From the NCBI GenBank assembly GCA_030704615.1, contig CM060734.1, positions 17,546,294 to 17,610,000 of the forward strand: a stretch of 63,707 nt of DNA. The letters are read 5' to 3'. Position 1 is the stretch's first letter; each line of letters opens with the position of its first letter. Below the pieces are notes generated by a model that did no database searches, had not been told where the DNA came from, and saw nothing but the letters and a program-made list of their open reading frames with translations. This DNA comes from Takakia lepidozioides. Lineage: Eukaryota; Plantae; Bryophyta. A program made the translations under genes and the position numbers. Below are positions 13,007-26,600 of the stretch, piece by piece.

Positions 13007-14911
13007 TATGGAATGCCGAAAGGGCCATACTTTCTAGCAACCCATGACCATTGGAAATATGCCCATGACCACTGGGAAGCTGCTGGTTGCCGGGGTAGGT
13101 ATGGAATGCCGAAAGGGCCATACTTTCTAGCAACCCATGACCATTGGAAATATGCCCATGACCACTGGGAAGCTGCTGGTTGCCACTGGTTACCTGTGGG
13201 AGGACCGCGGTCTTGCGTGACCATACTTTATACCAAGTATTTATATGAATATCGAGTAATTTATACGGGAATTCCATACGTTCCAAGTGCCGGATATCAA
13301 GTTGAAGAGAGCATGGCTATGGGAATTCAACAACCTCGACAACAAGGAGGCGTGTTGAGAGAGAAAGAAAACATGAAAGAGTGCACCTCCACTATTAAAA
13401 GCTTGTGCGACGAAGACTGTGATTATATGCGAGATTTATGTGTCAACGCCAGGAGAAAGAGATAGATCTATTTGCATGTTACGAGTCGAGGTTATTGAAA
13501 GAGAATCAAACTTTTTTCATTAGGAATTGTCTCTTTGTTAGCGTTTGAAGATTTGACAAGAGAGAGGGGGAGTCAGATTGCAGGTTTTCATTCCCTAAGC
13601 AAGCTTTGTGAAGGTAAGAGAAAAGCAGGGAAACAAACACGGACTAGGCGAGGTGGGACAGGGCATGTGTGATTTCAATGCATTGTTGGGACCTCAACGT
13701 AAATTTGAGTAGTGTTAAGGGGAGCATCACAAAGGACGTTAGGAATCATGGTAACCCGGGAGACTTGCGGGCCGCAAGGGGCCGTCTTTCCCAGTCACAT
13801 TGTTCCCGAGGCTTTACAAGCTCTCGTCTTCTCCAATGCTCACCTCTTCCCGACAATTTTACTTGCAAACCAAAGCATCTAAGGGTAATTAGAGACGAAG
13901 AGTGTTCAAATTGGCCTGGAAGGTTTTCTTACAAGTGAAATCACCTCGTACTACAGGTTTCTCAGTATCTGACTTTGATAATCTTATATGTGAGAAGAAG
14001 AAGCCTCGAGCGGTTGAGGCTTTCTACGGCGAAGATTCTTCATCATATGACAGAAATTTGTACCGGGAGGCCGATGAGAAGTTAGAAGACTACTGGACAG
14101 CTCGAATCTTAGCACAGTTAGTTCTAATTTGGCGATCACTACAATACTCCTCCGTCAGGTTTGATTACTGGCTGGCTTCTATTCAATTCAGAAGCAGGTT
14201 ACGGACTAGGTAACCGGCTCGAGGCCGGGGGTTACCGCATGTAGCTGAGGCGCGGTAGCGCCGAAGGTGGATGCGGACCCGTGGCCTCGAGCCGGTTACT
14301 GGACATAACAGGGTTTTTGAAACATCGAGAGTGACAGTCATCCATGTGCAGTCATCCATGTGCAGCCAAGTTATCGATACTTTACATCCATGCGCAGCCA
14401 GGTTATCGATTCCACCATCCAATGGGATGGTGGTTTGCTACCTTGTAGGTAGGTAATCAGTACCAATTCTTTTGAGGGTCGCAGGTTATCGCAGCAAATC
14501 CGCAGGTTGCCGCCTGTAACCAGCGTCCATTGAGCCACTAGTTAGTAGACACGTACTCGAGATGCTTCGAAAAACCGGTTACGGTACTTCAAGAGTTCTT
14601 CGAATCCTGTAGGCAAGAGCTCGACCTGGGCATACCCCTCCATTGTATCCCTCACGTTCCCCCCCCCCTCGACCGAACCCTGCCCGCGCGATGAACCGGG
14701 CATTCTACATAAAAACTTGGAACGTATGGACTTCCCGTATAAATTACTCAATATTCGTATAAATACTTGGTATAAAGTACGGTCATGGAAGACGCGGTCC
14801 TCCAACGGGTAACCAGTGGTAGCCCGCATCTTTCCAGTGGCAACCGGCATCTATCCAGTGGTCATGGGTGCATATCTGAAAGAGAAAGCATGGCCCTTTT
14901 GGCATTCCATA
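13007..14911. mobile_element. Non-autonomous TIR DNA transposon (~200-bp TIRs, 6-bp flanking direct repeat)
   Basis: 13100-13288 is the reverse complement of 14714-14911. GGTAGG flanks both ends (13001-13006 and 14912-14917). The left end has a 93-bp tandem duplication. Confidence 0.8.
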
Positions 14912-15391
14912 GGTAGGGAGGAGGGGAAAGCATGCAGTGCCGTCGAGAGGGAGCAGGCAGTGTCGCTGCTCCGCAGCAGGGCACGGAGCAGGCAAGGTGG
15001 CAGTGATGAGCTTTTATGGCATGATGCAGACATGATGCCATAATGCTACCTGCTCTCTCCTTTACAGCTCTACCTCCCTCTTTGTCCAGAGCGTCGTGAA
15101 GGACAGACAGAGTGATAGAGAGAGAAGAGGCTAGAGTCTGGGCTGTGGGCACTCATAAATTTGTACACGCTTGGAAGTATGAGCTGTCAATGCCTCGGGG
15201 ACGCTCTTTGGGGGAAGAGAGGAGGGGAGAGAGAGAGAGAGAGCGGTCAGGGTGAATATGCTTCAGGTAGGGAGAGAGAGGTGTGAGGAGTGGTAAACAG
15301 GAAGCGTGAGGCTCTGTTTGAGGACCAAAGCCACATACTGAAGGTGCAGACAGGTGAGACGGACGCAGAGAGGCAGAGTGATTGAGAGAAG

Positions 15392-17095
15392 ATGGGCAGA
15401 ACGGGCGGGTCCGGGGATGTGCTGAGGATCGTTTCAGTTGTTTGGGACCACCCCCTGCTCACAGGCATCGTTATCCTGATGTTTACACCCCCCTTTTTCC
15501 CTCTCGTAGTGTACTTTTCTCCTCTCCTGATGTCTACTGCGCTTTGTGTGGCCGCCCTTTTGAAGGTTGGATCTCAGATGGATAAGATTAAAGCAGAAAG
15601 AGAAGGGCATTTGGATCTGGAGGTGGAGAGGGCAGAATGGGCTCAGAGAGCAGAGAGGGAACGCCAATCTGATCGCGTGGTTGTAGATGTGTGGACTGGC
15701 AGAGTAGAACGGGAGGAGTATTCCAGTCCGGGAGTGGAATCCACGGAGTGGCCAGAGAGGGAAGCGGAGCGAGACTGGGTCTCCTCATCAAGGGAGGAGG
15801 AATTCAACGTGCAGGGTGGAACTGTCACGGAGGACCAATGGACACAATGGGTCAGAGAGTATGAAGCGCGACCTGGCTGGAGCTCTGATGGCATTGTCAG
15901 GGAGCCTGTGAAGGATGACGTGCTGAAACCAACCTGCAATGACAAACTTGCTGGCGTCAGTCCTCCAAAGAAAGATTTACTGCAGAGTGAGACTTCTGCG
16001 GAGGATATCTCCCCGGTCAGAAAGGGAAAAGGTGAGGCCCTTGCACCTAAGGCACATGTATCTGATGTGCAAGCCCTGGAGTCACTTGAACGTATTCTCT
16101 CAAAGGGGATGCGAGGAGTTCCGACTGCTATCACCAACGTGCCTTATGCTGTTAAAGGAAACATCTCGCCACTTAACACCGAGGTCCCTGCAGAGATTTT
16201 ACATCGTTTGAAGACTGCTGGATTAGGCTGCCTAGAGGCAGGGACGTCCATCCGTGGTGTGCCTTCATGTGCTGGAGTCAAAGAAGGTTTGGATGGCAAA
16301 GGAGACGTATCTTCAGGCACTATAGTAGGGAAGGATGTGAGAGATGCTGAGGTCCCTCCAGTTATTTTGTATAATGTCAAAACCGCTGGACTAGGTGCTT
16401 CTAAAAGCGTCAAGGAGAGTAATCCCGCTTGCATTGCTGGAGGTCGTGGTGAAGCCACAATTAGTGGGATCCGAGAAGTAAAGCACACAACGGGCCATGC
16501 TGCAGACCTTTTGGAAGAGAAACGAGTGGTGGATGCCCAGTTTCAACCAGCGCACAATTTACCTCAAACGCAAATGAACAGAGGCGCCAGCAGAATCAAT
16601 CTCGAGACTTGGAACTTTCAAAGACTACCTGAAGTCAGCAATGCTTTCCTGCACGCAATACCAGATACTGGTCTGGACACTAGTGTGACGAAGGGCTACG
16701 CGTATGAAGCGTCCGTGTCTGAGGGAAGTCCTCAAGGGAACTTGGACTGCAGCCCTCAAGAGCCTCTCCCCAGATCATTGGAGGTAAATACGAGTAGACC
16801 ACGGGAGGCCCAACATTCAAACCAGGAGCAAGAGAACAATGCGTGGGGAAGAAGCTACAGTGCCAGGCAATCGCCCAGGCATTCAAGGAGGCAACTAGAA
16901 CCAAGGAGAGTGTCATTGCCCAACAAAGAATTTTTGCCTTTGCAGAAAAGCTTGTCACTGAAGGCACACAATATCTCAATTTCCGATGAAGGGCCTTCTT
17001 TGTCCATCATTGCAGAATCTCCACGAAAGAGGATTTCAACCCTGAAACCTTTAGTGTGGAGGTCCAGGTCTTTGGAGTCAAGAGATGACCAGTGA
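15392..17095 (+). CDS. Uncharacterised plant protein, N-terminal hydrophobic membrane anchor plus long acidic/disordered tail (567 aa, single exon)
   Basis: Long uninterrupted ORF. N-terminal HPLLTGIVILMFTPPFFPLVVYFSPLLMSTALCVAALLKVG resembles a conserved plant TM module. GA-rich 5' leader. Confidence 0.8.
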   Translation: MGRTGGSGDVLRIVSVVWDHPLLTGIVILMFTPPFFPLVVYFSPLLMSTALCVAALLKVGSQMDKIKAEREGHLDLEVERAEWAQRAERERQSDRVVVDVWTGRVEREEYSSPGVESTEWPEREAERDWVSSSREEEFNVQGGTVTEDQWTQWVREYEARPGWSSDGIVREPVKDDVLKPTCNDKLAGVSPPKKDLLQSETSAEDISPVRKGKGEALAPKAHVSDVQALESLERILSKGMRGVPTAITNVPYAVKGNISPLNTEVPAEILHRLKTAGLGCLEAGTSIRGVPSCAGVKEGLDGKGDVSSGTIVGKDVRDAEVPPVILYNVKTAGLGASKSVKESNPACIAGGRGEATISGIREVKHTTGHAADLLEEKRVVDAQFQPAHNLPQTQMNRGASRINLETWNFQRLPEVSNAFLHAIPDTGLDTSVTKGYAYEASVSEGSPQGNLDCSPQEPLPRSLEVNTSRPREAQHSNQEQENNAWGRSYSARQSPRHSRRQLEPRRVSLPNKEFLPLQKSLSLKAHNISISDEGPSLSIIAESPRKRISTLKPLVWRSRSLESRDDQ

Positions 17096-18594
17096 GTGTG
17101 ATGTGCTTAGTAAAGTCTGATAAGAGCAGCACCAGGGTTTCTTGAAGCATTACATCCTCCAAAGTATCTTGGGTAATCATCATTTTCTGTACAAAGTCTA
17201 AGTAACATAAACACACACATCAATTCTAGAGGCAAACTCCTAACTCATGAGTACGGTCTAGATAGGGAAGGCTTCACAACAAAGCTATCTAGGATATGTG
17301 AAGTGCTACAGCAGTTCAAGCTTCTAGACGTATATCCATGGTGGAACCAGGCTATTGGCACATCCCATTTGAGATACAGGATGAGGAAATATGACTCTTT
17401 CTTTTTAAAATTGGCACTGTAAATATTGATGCATGAATGCAAAAAGATTCAGAAGAAGAGAATGAATGAGTATGCTGATGTCCAACTTTTTGAAAGATGA
17501 TCATTAAGGCAGGTCATAGTTTACAAGTTGGGAGTGACAGTCTTAGCAGAGAGAGAAGCTGGGCACTGAGTATCTCTGAATCGTGAAACTGAAGAAACAA
17601 CTATCCAGGTATTCCTTGCTGTGGAATTTGATCTATTTTCTCCCCAAGAGGGAGGAGTGTTGGACATTTTGTGTGGTACTTTCTGTAAGCAAAAGTGTCC
17701 AATGCAATTGTGCAAGACCTTCATGTCTGGAGGAAAGCCACACCTGTATTTATTCTGTTGCAAAGGTGCATGTTCTTGTTCCTTCTCAATGATGATAGCA
17801 GAAATCTGTGCGAATTACTGCAAAGCTTTCAAAGATGTTTTGCAAATACTATGCAAAGTGAGAGTGACAGGCTCTGATGGCACCAAAAACAGATACTCCC
17901 CAAGGGTGCAGTAGTGACCTAGCAAATAGGAGGGAGCCATAACTGTAAGGCCTTTGGGTATGACAGGCTGACTACCATTGTGAAAGTCACCATTCCAAGA
18001 GCCATTAAATGTCCAAGAGCCAATAAATGTCCAGATGTGTTTATGGCATCATTCGCCTTGCTGGACTGGTTAATGGTTGGGTTCCAAATTATTTGCTACT
18101 TTTTATTATCTGCAATGGGATGACAGGGTCCCAATTGCTTTATGGGACCGAAGTGCATGAACATGACTATATTCAAACAGTTGCATGAGCTTGTCAGATT
18201 GTCATGATCATCCCTGCAACATGCAAAGACACAAATAACAGTGCTTACTGAGGATGAAAGTTTCAATGTTGTTCCTTCACCTTGAGAGAAGATGCACATT
18301 TGCAAGGACGCTCCAAAAGAAGTGGCACATTGTCCGGGAATTTTTCTACACAATCTTTCAGATGCCCAATTGTCCTCAAAACTGCTGATCCAATCTGCTC
18401 AGATTAACTTGGCTTACAATGTCTCTACGCAAAGATAGTCCATGTAGCCATTCAGGACCAGACCAAAAATGTCGTACCCCAATATGTGCTTGCTTATGCA
18501 AGGATGAATCTTCTGCACCAAAACTCCTGAATTACATGTGTCCCATAATTTGCTGAGAATGTACAGAGTGGTTTAAGTTGGAAACGTTACACAG

Positions 18595-21500
18595 TTAGAC
18601 AACAAGGCGTCGAGCCAAGTGCCAGAGATGCCAGGTCAAGCCTCCTAAAGTGCTCAAATTCAGGGCCGATGAGTAGGTATGCAGCATCGTGAATCTCTGG
18701 TGTACAGCTGCCAGCTTCTTTTTGGTCTCATTGTCCACACTCTCAGGTGCTTCAGGGACTTCAACTGTCTCTAGCCCTCTCCCTTCTTCCTTCTCCAATT
18801 TTAACCTTTTGAACATGACCTGCCCAAAGCAACATTTCAGATCTGGGTTAAACTTAACCCTTTCAGAATAGTATCCTTGACCCCAGGAGAGGTGTACACA
18901 TATGTAAACAAGCAGGAGAGCTAATAACAAATGCCAAGGACACATTCTGGTTTTGAGAAAAAGAAAATTGCTAGTGCAAAGACAGTACAAAGAAGTAAAG
19001 CAAAGTAAGAACTAGGCATAAGAAATGCTTATTGATCCTGCTGGATTACTTGATTAGTAGTACTTCACCTTTGTGACACGGGGTTCCAGAAAGTATGTAT
19101 TGACAAGGGTGGCAACAATTGTCCAGATCAAGTTCTGCAACTGCCACCGTTCTGATCTGTCTGCTGAGAGCCATGGATGCATGACAGAGTAGAGAAGAAA
19201 GAGTAACACCTCCCCTAATGCCATCAGTCTCAGATACACAGGGAACATGCGACTCTGTATATAGGCGAACTGTTGCCTAGGAGTGTTCTTGGAGAGGATG
19301 AGTCCTGACACAAACGTCACCCAAACTGCCGAGCCATAGCTAGTGGAGAAAGTGAAGAGATGCAGCAGTCTGGTGAGGGAGAGAGGAAGGCCCACTGGCC
19401 TTCTGAACAGAACTTGCCTCCAACTGCGTGGGCGTTTTCCTGCCATTGAACCCATTCCACAGTCACAGTGTGAGACAATTAATGTCACTTGCCTCAGCTG
19501 GATATGCTTATTCAACATGCAGGAATCCATGCTACCAACAACCCCAATTCAAACAAGCAGCCAGCACACTCAACAAGAATCACTCTCACCAGCAAAGTTT
19601 TTGAACGGGTAAACTACTTCAACATATCATTGATTGCTACACAACGGAAGCACCTCTTTTAGTACCTGTGACATCCTTCCCAGCTTGTTCTACATATGCT
19701 CCAGACTTCCCCCTTCCAGATTCATACTCTTTTCCAGCTGGTCTCAGCCTCTCCTCCACAATCTCTTTACTCTGTTCACCAAGATTGGATATACATGGAA
19801 CGATCTTGTCCTTAAAATCACGCAGAGTATCATTGGCAGAACCTGCTGTATCTTTCACTCCCTCAAAGGCCTGGACCGCTGCAGCTCTAGCTGAATCTGC
19901 AGCTATCCCTAACCTCGCCCCGACACTCTGAGCAGCCTCCTTTATAGCCTCCACTGCCCAGTGGATATAACCTTCCTGTGTCTGCCCTTGCCAGACATAC
20001 TTCACATTGCCAAGCACAAGGTCATAGGGAGATAGTGAACTTCGGTCCACTCTTTCTGGCTGAGCTGCACGTCTCCATCCCAGCGACTCTGCTGTCTTCA
20101 CAAGTTTGAATTTTGCTGCCTTGAATTCTTCAGCTATTTTGAGTGCTCCCTGAGAGCCAGATTGAGTGCTATCAGAATACTCATTTGATTTCTGTGCTGT
20201 GTCTTCACTGGTAACACCTTTCTGTCTACCACTAGCTGAATAATCGTGCACAAATGCTGCTCCCTGCCCCACATTGGGCAAGTGAGGCCCAGCCTCCTGC
20301 GCCCTCAATTTAAGGACGGCTTCAGTTTTATGTGCTACTTCTTTCACTTTCTCCACAAAACCACGGCCATTTTCTTTTGCAGTTTCTTCGATTTTACCTG
20401 CTGCAGTTTCCACAGTTTCTGACAACTTGGCGACAGCATCTTTTGCTGCAATTTTGGTACTGTCAACTGCTTGGAGGGCAGAATCCTTGGCATTGCCCTG
20501 CTTCCTAAGCAGAATATCTTCTGTGGAGCCAACTATTTTGAATACCTTGTTTTTTGCAGGCTCCAAAATCTTGGTTGCAGAATCATGTGCTTTCTCAACC
20601 CCCTGCTTGGTCTTCTGGCCGCCACAGGTAAAATACAGATGTGAATTTCGATTCTCAAACTCACACAATAACATTGGACTGCCGCTAGTTACAAGATCCA
20701 CATACACTGCCACCAGAAGGATTTCAGGAAATATCTCCCAGCGAATTAGTCAGGGCACCCTCAACAACAGCCCCACATTAGCTTGTAAGTTACTCCTGAC
20801 TGTGTGTAGGATACCGTACTGTTCTCAATTACAATTCACTTGGTACCGTGCACCATTATCCCCTGTTGACTCTCAGCATAGGGGGATCATCGTCATTTCT
20901 AAACTTGCTGACTACCACTATAATAATTTAATAAGTACTGTCTACTATCAGCTGCAAAGCTTTAGGTGAAAGATGTCTAAACGAAATCTACCATTGATCT
21001 TACAAAAGTAGCTTATTGAAACAGATTCCTTACACTGAACATAGAATCTTTAGCCGAGCCTGCTGCATGCGAGACTGCATCACCTGCGGAAGCAACAGAG
21101 TCATATACTTTGGTCGTCGCTCCAGCAAGTGTATCTTCGGTGGTGTCTGCGCTGCCTGCACTATGATAAGTTTCAGACGCACCTTCCTGAAGCCACTCGC
21201 CGACTCTTCCTGTAGCATGCTTTACTGCCTCTGTGGCTTGCGAGACATATTCCCCTGTATCATGAAAGTAACTAGCATCACATGAAAAGGAGAACTAGCC
21301 GAAGTCATTAGAAGCTGGGATCATAGAGGCCAACTTAGCTTACGGTTGGCCAAGCTCACTACGATCGTGCGGGCTGACTTCTCATAGTCAATAGCAACAG
21401 ACCAACCACACGCATGCCTGCTTCAATCATGGTATTTTCTAGCTAGCTTTAAGTTCAAGTTCTAAGCCAAAGTCGACAGGGGTCGGACGTTTAGAAGCAA

Positions 21501-22077
21501 GAACTACATGCATCCGTAAAGCTGAACATGCTACAGAGCACTGAATGTCAACCTTGTGCCTGTAGCAATGAATTTCAGTGACAAAATGGAGGAAAGAAGA
21601 CAGAACCATTTTGTCAGGGAAAGAAAAATCGAGACTGATGGTAACACCTGTTTCATCGCAGGAAGCTCCGGATTGGGACATGAGCGATTCAGTGGTGGGA
21701 AAGCCCAGCCTCTCCCTCGCAGCATCCGTAAAATGTCTGGTGGCCTCTTCAAATGCATCGCTCGCGGCCGCCGCCTTCTCACGGGCAACGACCAAGTCGT
21801 CTTCAGCCACCATTTCTTCAGTCTTTCCGTTCATGGCGCCTACAGCATCAGAGGAGGCCTGAAAACTGGACCCAGCCATATGCTTGATGCCTTCTCCCGT
21901 CTGGCGAGCATAATCCGCAGCAGTGTGCAGCGTCTCACGAGTGGCATCCTTCACAGCCTTTAGAGGCGGGCTCTCACCATACTCCGTCTCCTCACGCACC
22001 AGCAGTGGCTCAGGAGACAGCACCACTACTGTACCCAGAGACGAGAGTAATATACTTATCGCCACTATGTTCATCAT
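18595..22077 (-). CDS. LEA-like protein with signal peptide and C-terminal DUF4149/TMEM205-like domain; exons 22077-21648, 21254-21034, 20614-19666, 19439-19069, 18819-18595
   Basis: GT-AG introns with matching phases give one open frame. Ala/Lys/Glu-rich LEA-type repeats. DUF4149 motifs LLHLFTFSTSYGSAVWVTFVSG, PRQQF..IQSRMFPVY, F..LHTYSSALNL. Confidence 0.9.
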
Positions 22078-22365
22078 CCTCACCACCTCCTTTCCTTCGT
22101 GTTGATCTCTCTCGAAAATCTTCAGGAAAATCTCCAGCTAAGGTAAAGATGGGAGACGGACAGGACAGAAAGAAAATGCAAAGCAGGAAACAAACTCATA
22201 GAAATTAGCAAACTAGATGCTAAACTAGATCTTCCGCCTAGCATGCTACCTTCAAACATAAGCATATTCTAATTCTTGTAGCTATCATCGTAGACACAGG
22301 AATCAGAATAGAGAGACAAACAGCCAGAGAGACTTAGGGCGGGAGATCCGCAAAACTCGAGGAAG

Positions 22366-22377
22366 GCCACACGTGTG
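22366..22377 (-). promoter_or_regulatory. G-box/ABRE-like element upstream of the LEA gene
   Basis: Palindromic CACACGTGTG ~290 bp upstream of the ATG. ABREs are typical of LEA promoters. Confidence 0.5.
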
Positions 22378-22817
22378 AGACATCGTTATCAAGCAGGTAT
22401 GACAAATGAACGCTTGGCATCCTCTGAACACGCCAAGTGAACACCTAGCCACCTGGAGTCACAGCGCCTGCCATGTGGCTGCTCGTGGGCTAATTTGAAT
22501 GGATGAAGGGAATCCATGCAAAATAGTGGATGATGTTAAGTGTAGTTGTGGATGAATGAACGTTCGCCTTGAGGCAGACATGATCCTTCCCCAGACTGAT
22601 CAAAATCAGGATCAGCAGCAGCAGCAGCAGGGGGACGTTGCACCTTCGCGCTGAATCGGGTCTTGTATGTAAATTGTTATAGCTCGTCCCAGACTAAGTT
22701 TCCATGGGAAATGCTAGCAGCCAATGTTTTTTCATTTCGTGTGGGCCAGCTGGTTTCTGCCCATCCCCCGGCATTCTCTACAACTCTCTGCAATTAGAAA
22801 AACTTTTGAGAAAGAAT

Positions 22818-23440
22818 TTAAAGAGCTTGCTGAGAGACAAATGCTCTAGATGGGATCAGCATGACATTGGGTACAATTCCAGCTCTGATAATGTCGCCAT
22901 GGACCTCTTTACCCTTTACCAGATCTGCCATGCTTGCACACGTACTGCAAATGCACATAAATGTGTTGTGGTCGGGTTTCTCCCCTTCCTCCATCATTTG
23001 ATCATAGGTCTCCAAAGCCTCCATATCACATCCATTTGTGCATACCCTGCAAGCATCGCATTCCACGACATGCTATCTCGTTCAGCCGTAGTGTCAAACA
23101 TTCCCTTTGCCTCCTCGGTGCACCCACATTTTGCATATGTGATCGCCAAGGTATAGTTCAGAGGGACAGGTGGTACAAATCCAGCTCTGACGATGTCGCC
23201 ATGGACATCTTTGCCCTGTTCCAGAGCTGCCAGGGCAGAGTTCATAATGACATTTGGTATAACTCCAGCTTTGATGATGTCAACATGCACATCTTTGCGT
23301 TTTTCCAGGGCTGCCAGGCTTGCACAAGCATTGCAAATGCACATAAATGTAATGTGGTTGGGCTCCACCCCTTTCTCCATCATTTGATCATAGATCTCCA
23401 CGACAACAGTAACGACTCCAGCCTTGACATGGCCAATCAA
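22818..23440 (-). pseudogene. Scrambled PLS-class pentatricopeptide repeat (PPR) gene fragment
   Basis: MMEKGVEPNHITFMCICNACASLAALEKRKDVH, YAKCGCTEEAKGMFD...DSMSWNAMLAGYAQ. Frameshifted, internally duplicated, no complete gene. Confidence 0.8.
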
Positions 23441-23562
23441 CCTGGCCTGCTGCTTCTGCTGTGGGGGCGGGGGTAATACCGCAATAAGATCTTTGCTTAG
23501 AACGCCATAAACATAATGAGAATCAGTGACAAAAGTTGAGCCTCCAGGTAGAGCTGGTGAGC

Positions 23563-23644
23563 TGTCGAGCGGCTTTTACTCACCCATCCCTTCGCTATCC
23601 GAGGTGGGAACTCTAAGATAGAAGAGTTGGAAGTCTCTAAGCAC
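23563..23644 (-). mobile_element. 82-bp terminal remnant of an LTR of the Gypsy family at 52996+
   Basis: Reverse complement of 53534-53615, ending exactly at the LTR ...GACA terminus. Confidence 0.85.
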
Positions 23645-23658
23645 TAAGTCTCTAAGCA

Positions 23659-26600
23659 TTCAGTTTCTCAATAAGTTCTTGCACAGGGAAGAACAGGCTA
23701 GGGAAGGAACCTCGTTCAAGGAACCTTGTCAAGATACAGCAGCAGCTCAGGTCTGTAGTAACATGCCTGTGATATAGACAAAACATCTTCTAGCAACAGA
23801 TTAGAGTTGGGTATTTTCTTATGGTGCCACAAGGAGCAAAGCCATATCTAAGAGAAGTATAGAAGCACTTGATCAAAGGACATGGCAGTCACTCAATCAT
23901 AAGGTATCTGATTCTGATATAAGGCATCGGCTACATGAGTCTAGCTAACAAAAGTAGTGTGCATTGACCGGATCATGTATAAGGTGTACACGTACTCCCG
24001 TAAGCTGTCTTACCAGGGCTTAGCTCATAATATCGGCATTCAAAAGTCCTTTAGATGCTCTGTGCTTATTTCAGGTATCATCAAGGATGCCTTACTTTTC
24101 ATACCCAATCAATCAACCATACTATTGCTGGAGAAGAACATACCTGGCCAAGGGAGATTCATACCCCAGGGCTTTCAGTTCATCATTCCAGTTTGGAATG
24201 TGTTTGTTGCCTATCTGCCAAGGCCCTTCCAAAAATATTGTTAGTACATCAAAATGAGAAGGTGAAACAGGAAAGGAGAAGGGTAGATGGTGTGTACAAA
24301 AACCACTAAGTACACTGATCAGATAAAGAGAGGGAAGATATACATGTCATGTCAGGACATGGACAAGACCACTGAGGTCATTGTCATTGAAAGACAATGC
24401 AGCCCTTTACAGGGCACCATCTAACAACCCTTTTTTTTTTAACCATCTCATTTGAATACCTCGTTACATTTCAGGGTATCTGAAAAAATAGGCTGGGAGG
24501 GCGGGATTCCTGGTCATTCATATCATGAAAGCACCATGGGTTTGATATTCATCACCATACTTGTAGATTGTAATCTCATTTCAAAAACCCGGATTGCAGA
24601 TAAATCTCCAGAGCCAAGCATATAGTACTTAAAATTGAAATTGAAACATTAAGACATACATGTCTTAAGCATATTCCAGCCAACCCATACTGGTACATCT
24701 GGATCCGGTATTTCTATTGCAGGCCAGCGGAGACGCAAAGCAAGCACAACATAGGGAATATATTAAGAGACCATATAGAGCTTACCAATTTTTTGTCCCA
24801 AGAGATCACTTGGGGTACTTTAGAAAACAGTTTGTAGTCTAAAAAGAGCCCAACAATGTGATGCTCGGTAGTCTATAAATAACCACAATGTCTGTTTTAC
24901 AAGACATAAGACACAAGCAGGATTCATAAAATAAAAATAGGGCCGAGTCTTTTTAAGCAGATACAAGTCTGGAGTGGTATTCCAGGGTCTTAAGAACAGC
25001 TCTGCCAGGGTAGAAAGGTAATTCAAAAACCCCTGTTTGCAGTCCATCATATGAAATCAAAGTGAAATGAAGGTCTTGCAGAATGTGTGTTGTCTAGTAA
25101 GGCACAACAGTCCGTCTTAATAACCAACCAAGAGGTTTCATTGTAGAGCCAAATTTCAGTGCAGCCAAGGTACCGACCGCTACATTATACCCGCATTGAA
25201 ACATGAAAAAAAACAGTAGATAAATCGGTAGATTTGTATTCCATGAGTTCTCGTGTCTGCCCTACCTCCTGCCATGTAGATATGGTTGCAAGAAACCACA
25301 AACAAGGTAAGGAGCAGAAGTAGATCCTCATTGGAGCCAAGTTGAAGCAGGTCTGCATCCGTATGCTGGCAATTTTGAAGCGGCAAGAGGCTCAGCAGCA
25401 CCCACATTTGCAAGAATAGGAACTGCAAGCTTCAGGAAATCAACACAAGTGAAGACCCTCACCTGTGCCCGTCCCAAAAACCACCACATAAAGATGTGTG
25501 TTAGTGAGGATGCATCAGATGAGTGGCAGGGAGTGTTTTGTGGTATGCCCTGCGCCATGGCGTCCAACAGATCGTCTCCAACAGAACGCAATCAAAGTAG
25601 AAGTGTTCACAGATAGAGAATAGCTCATACAAAAAGAGAGCCGCACATAATATGTAGATAAATAGGGATAGAGTACTTCCCAACGAGGAGTAAAAGCGCC
25701 GCTGCAAATTAAAAAGAACCATGAGGGTCTGAGCAAAGCAATCATCGCTTTGTCGCCTGCCAGAGAGGAATCTGCCTAACCGCCAATGCGCATCCCAAGA
25801 GCCAGCCATCACGAGTGCCATGTAGCAGCAGGGGAGCAGATTTACACGGCGCATCATCGAGGATCCCTGAAGCACGAGTTCTGTGCTGTGAAATGTGTCG
25901 GCCCGCTTAGGGCACAGCTCCTCGATTTCTCATGCAGGGTGGACGAAAAGTCGCATTTTAGCACGAGATGCACTTTGTCAATGGATGACATCCAATAAAA
26001 AGGTATCTTTTAGGGTTAGGGTATAGGCTCAAGTTTAATAACTGCCATCATTTATAATAAATGATGGTAAAATTACTATCTCTTGGATTAAAATAGGTCG
26101 CCATTATTCGTGTAGTTCATCCAGTTTAGATGAAAGAAACAAATGGTAAACCAAGCTTTCTGTACATTAAGTTTCATCATCCTACAATAATATCAGCCAA
26201 ATTTGGATGAAAAAAGATTGGATGAAAAACCAAATAACCGGCCTCAAAAAGGTTAAGGCCAGATGAAATCCAAAGAGTTATAGAGGGAGAGGGAGAGAGG
26301 GAGAGAGAGGGACCCACCAGCCAATCCCCTGGCATGGTAGAACCTTACGGAGTGAGTGTGGTATGCACTCACCCCGTAAGGGAGTGCATACCAGACCCCT
26401 TCTCATAAGGTTTCCCCTCTTCCATGTAGTTCTATCCTTAGATTATATTATCCAAGGGAGTAGAATCCTACATCCTCTCTTCCTCGGGTCATGAATGAAA
26501 CATTGGCATAAAGTGTATCATAGCAAGACTGGTATAGTATCACGAGAAAAGAACAGAGAGTTCAGTGGTATACTTAGCTCTGGATAGGTACAAGTTTTTA

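Noticed and set aside
26010-26022. Telomere-like TAGGGTTAGGGT (also TAGGGTTTAGGG at ~31475)
   Set aside because: Only about two units; too short to call an interstitial telomere.
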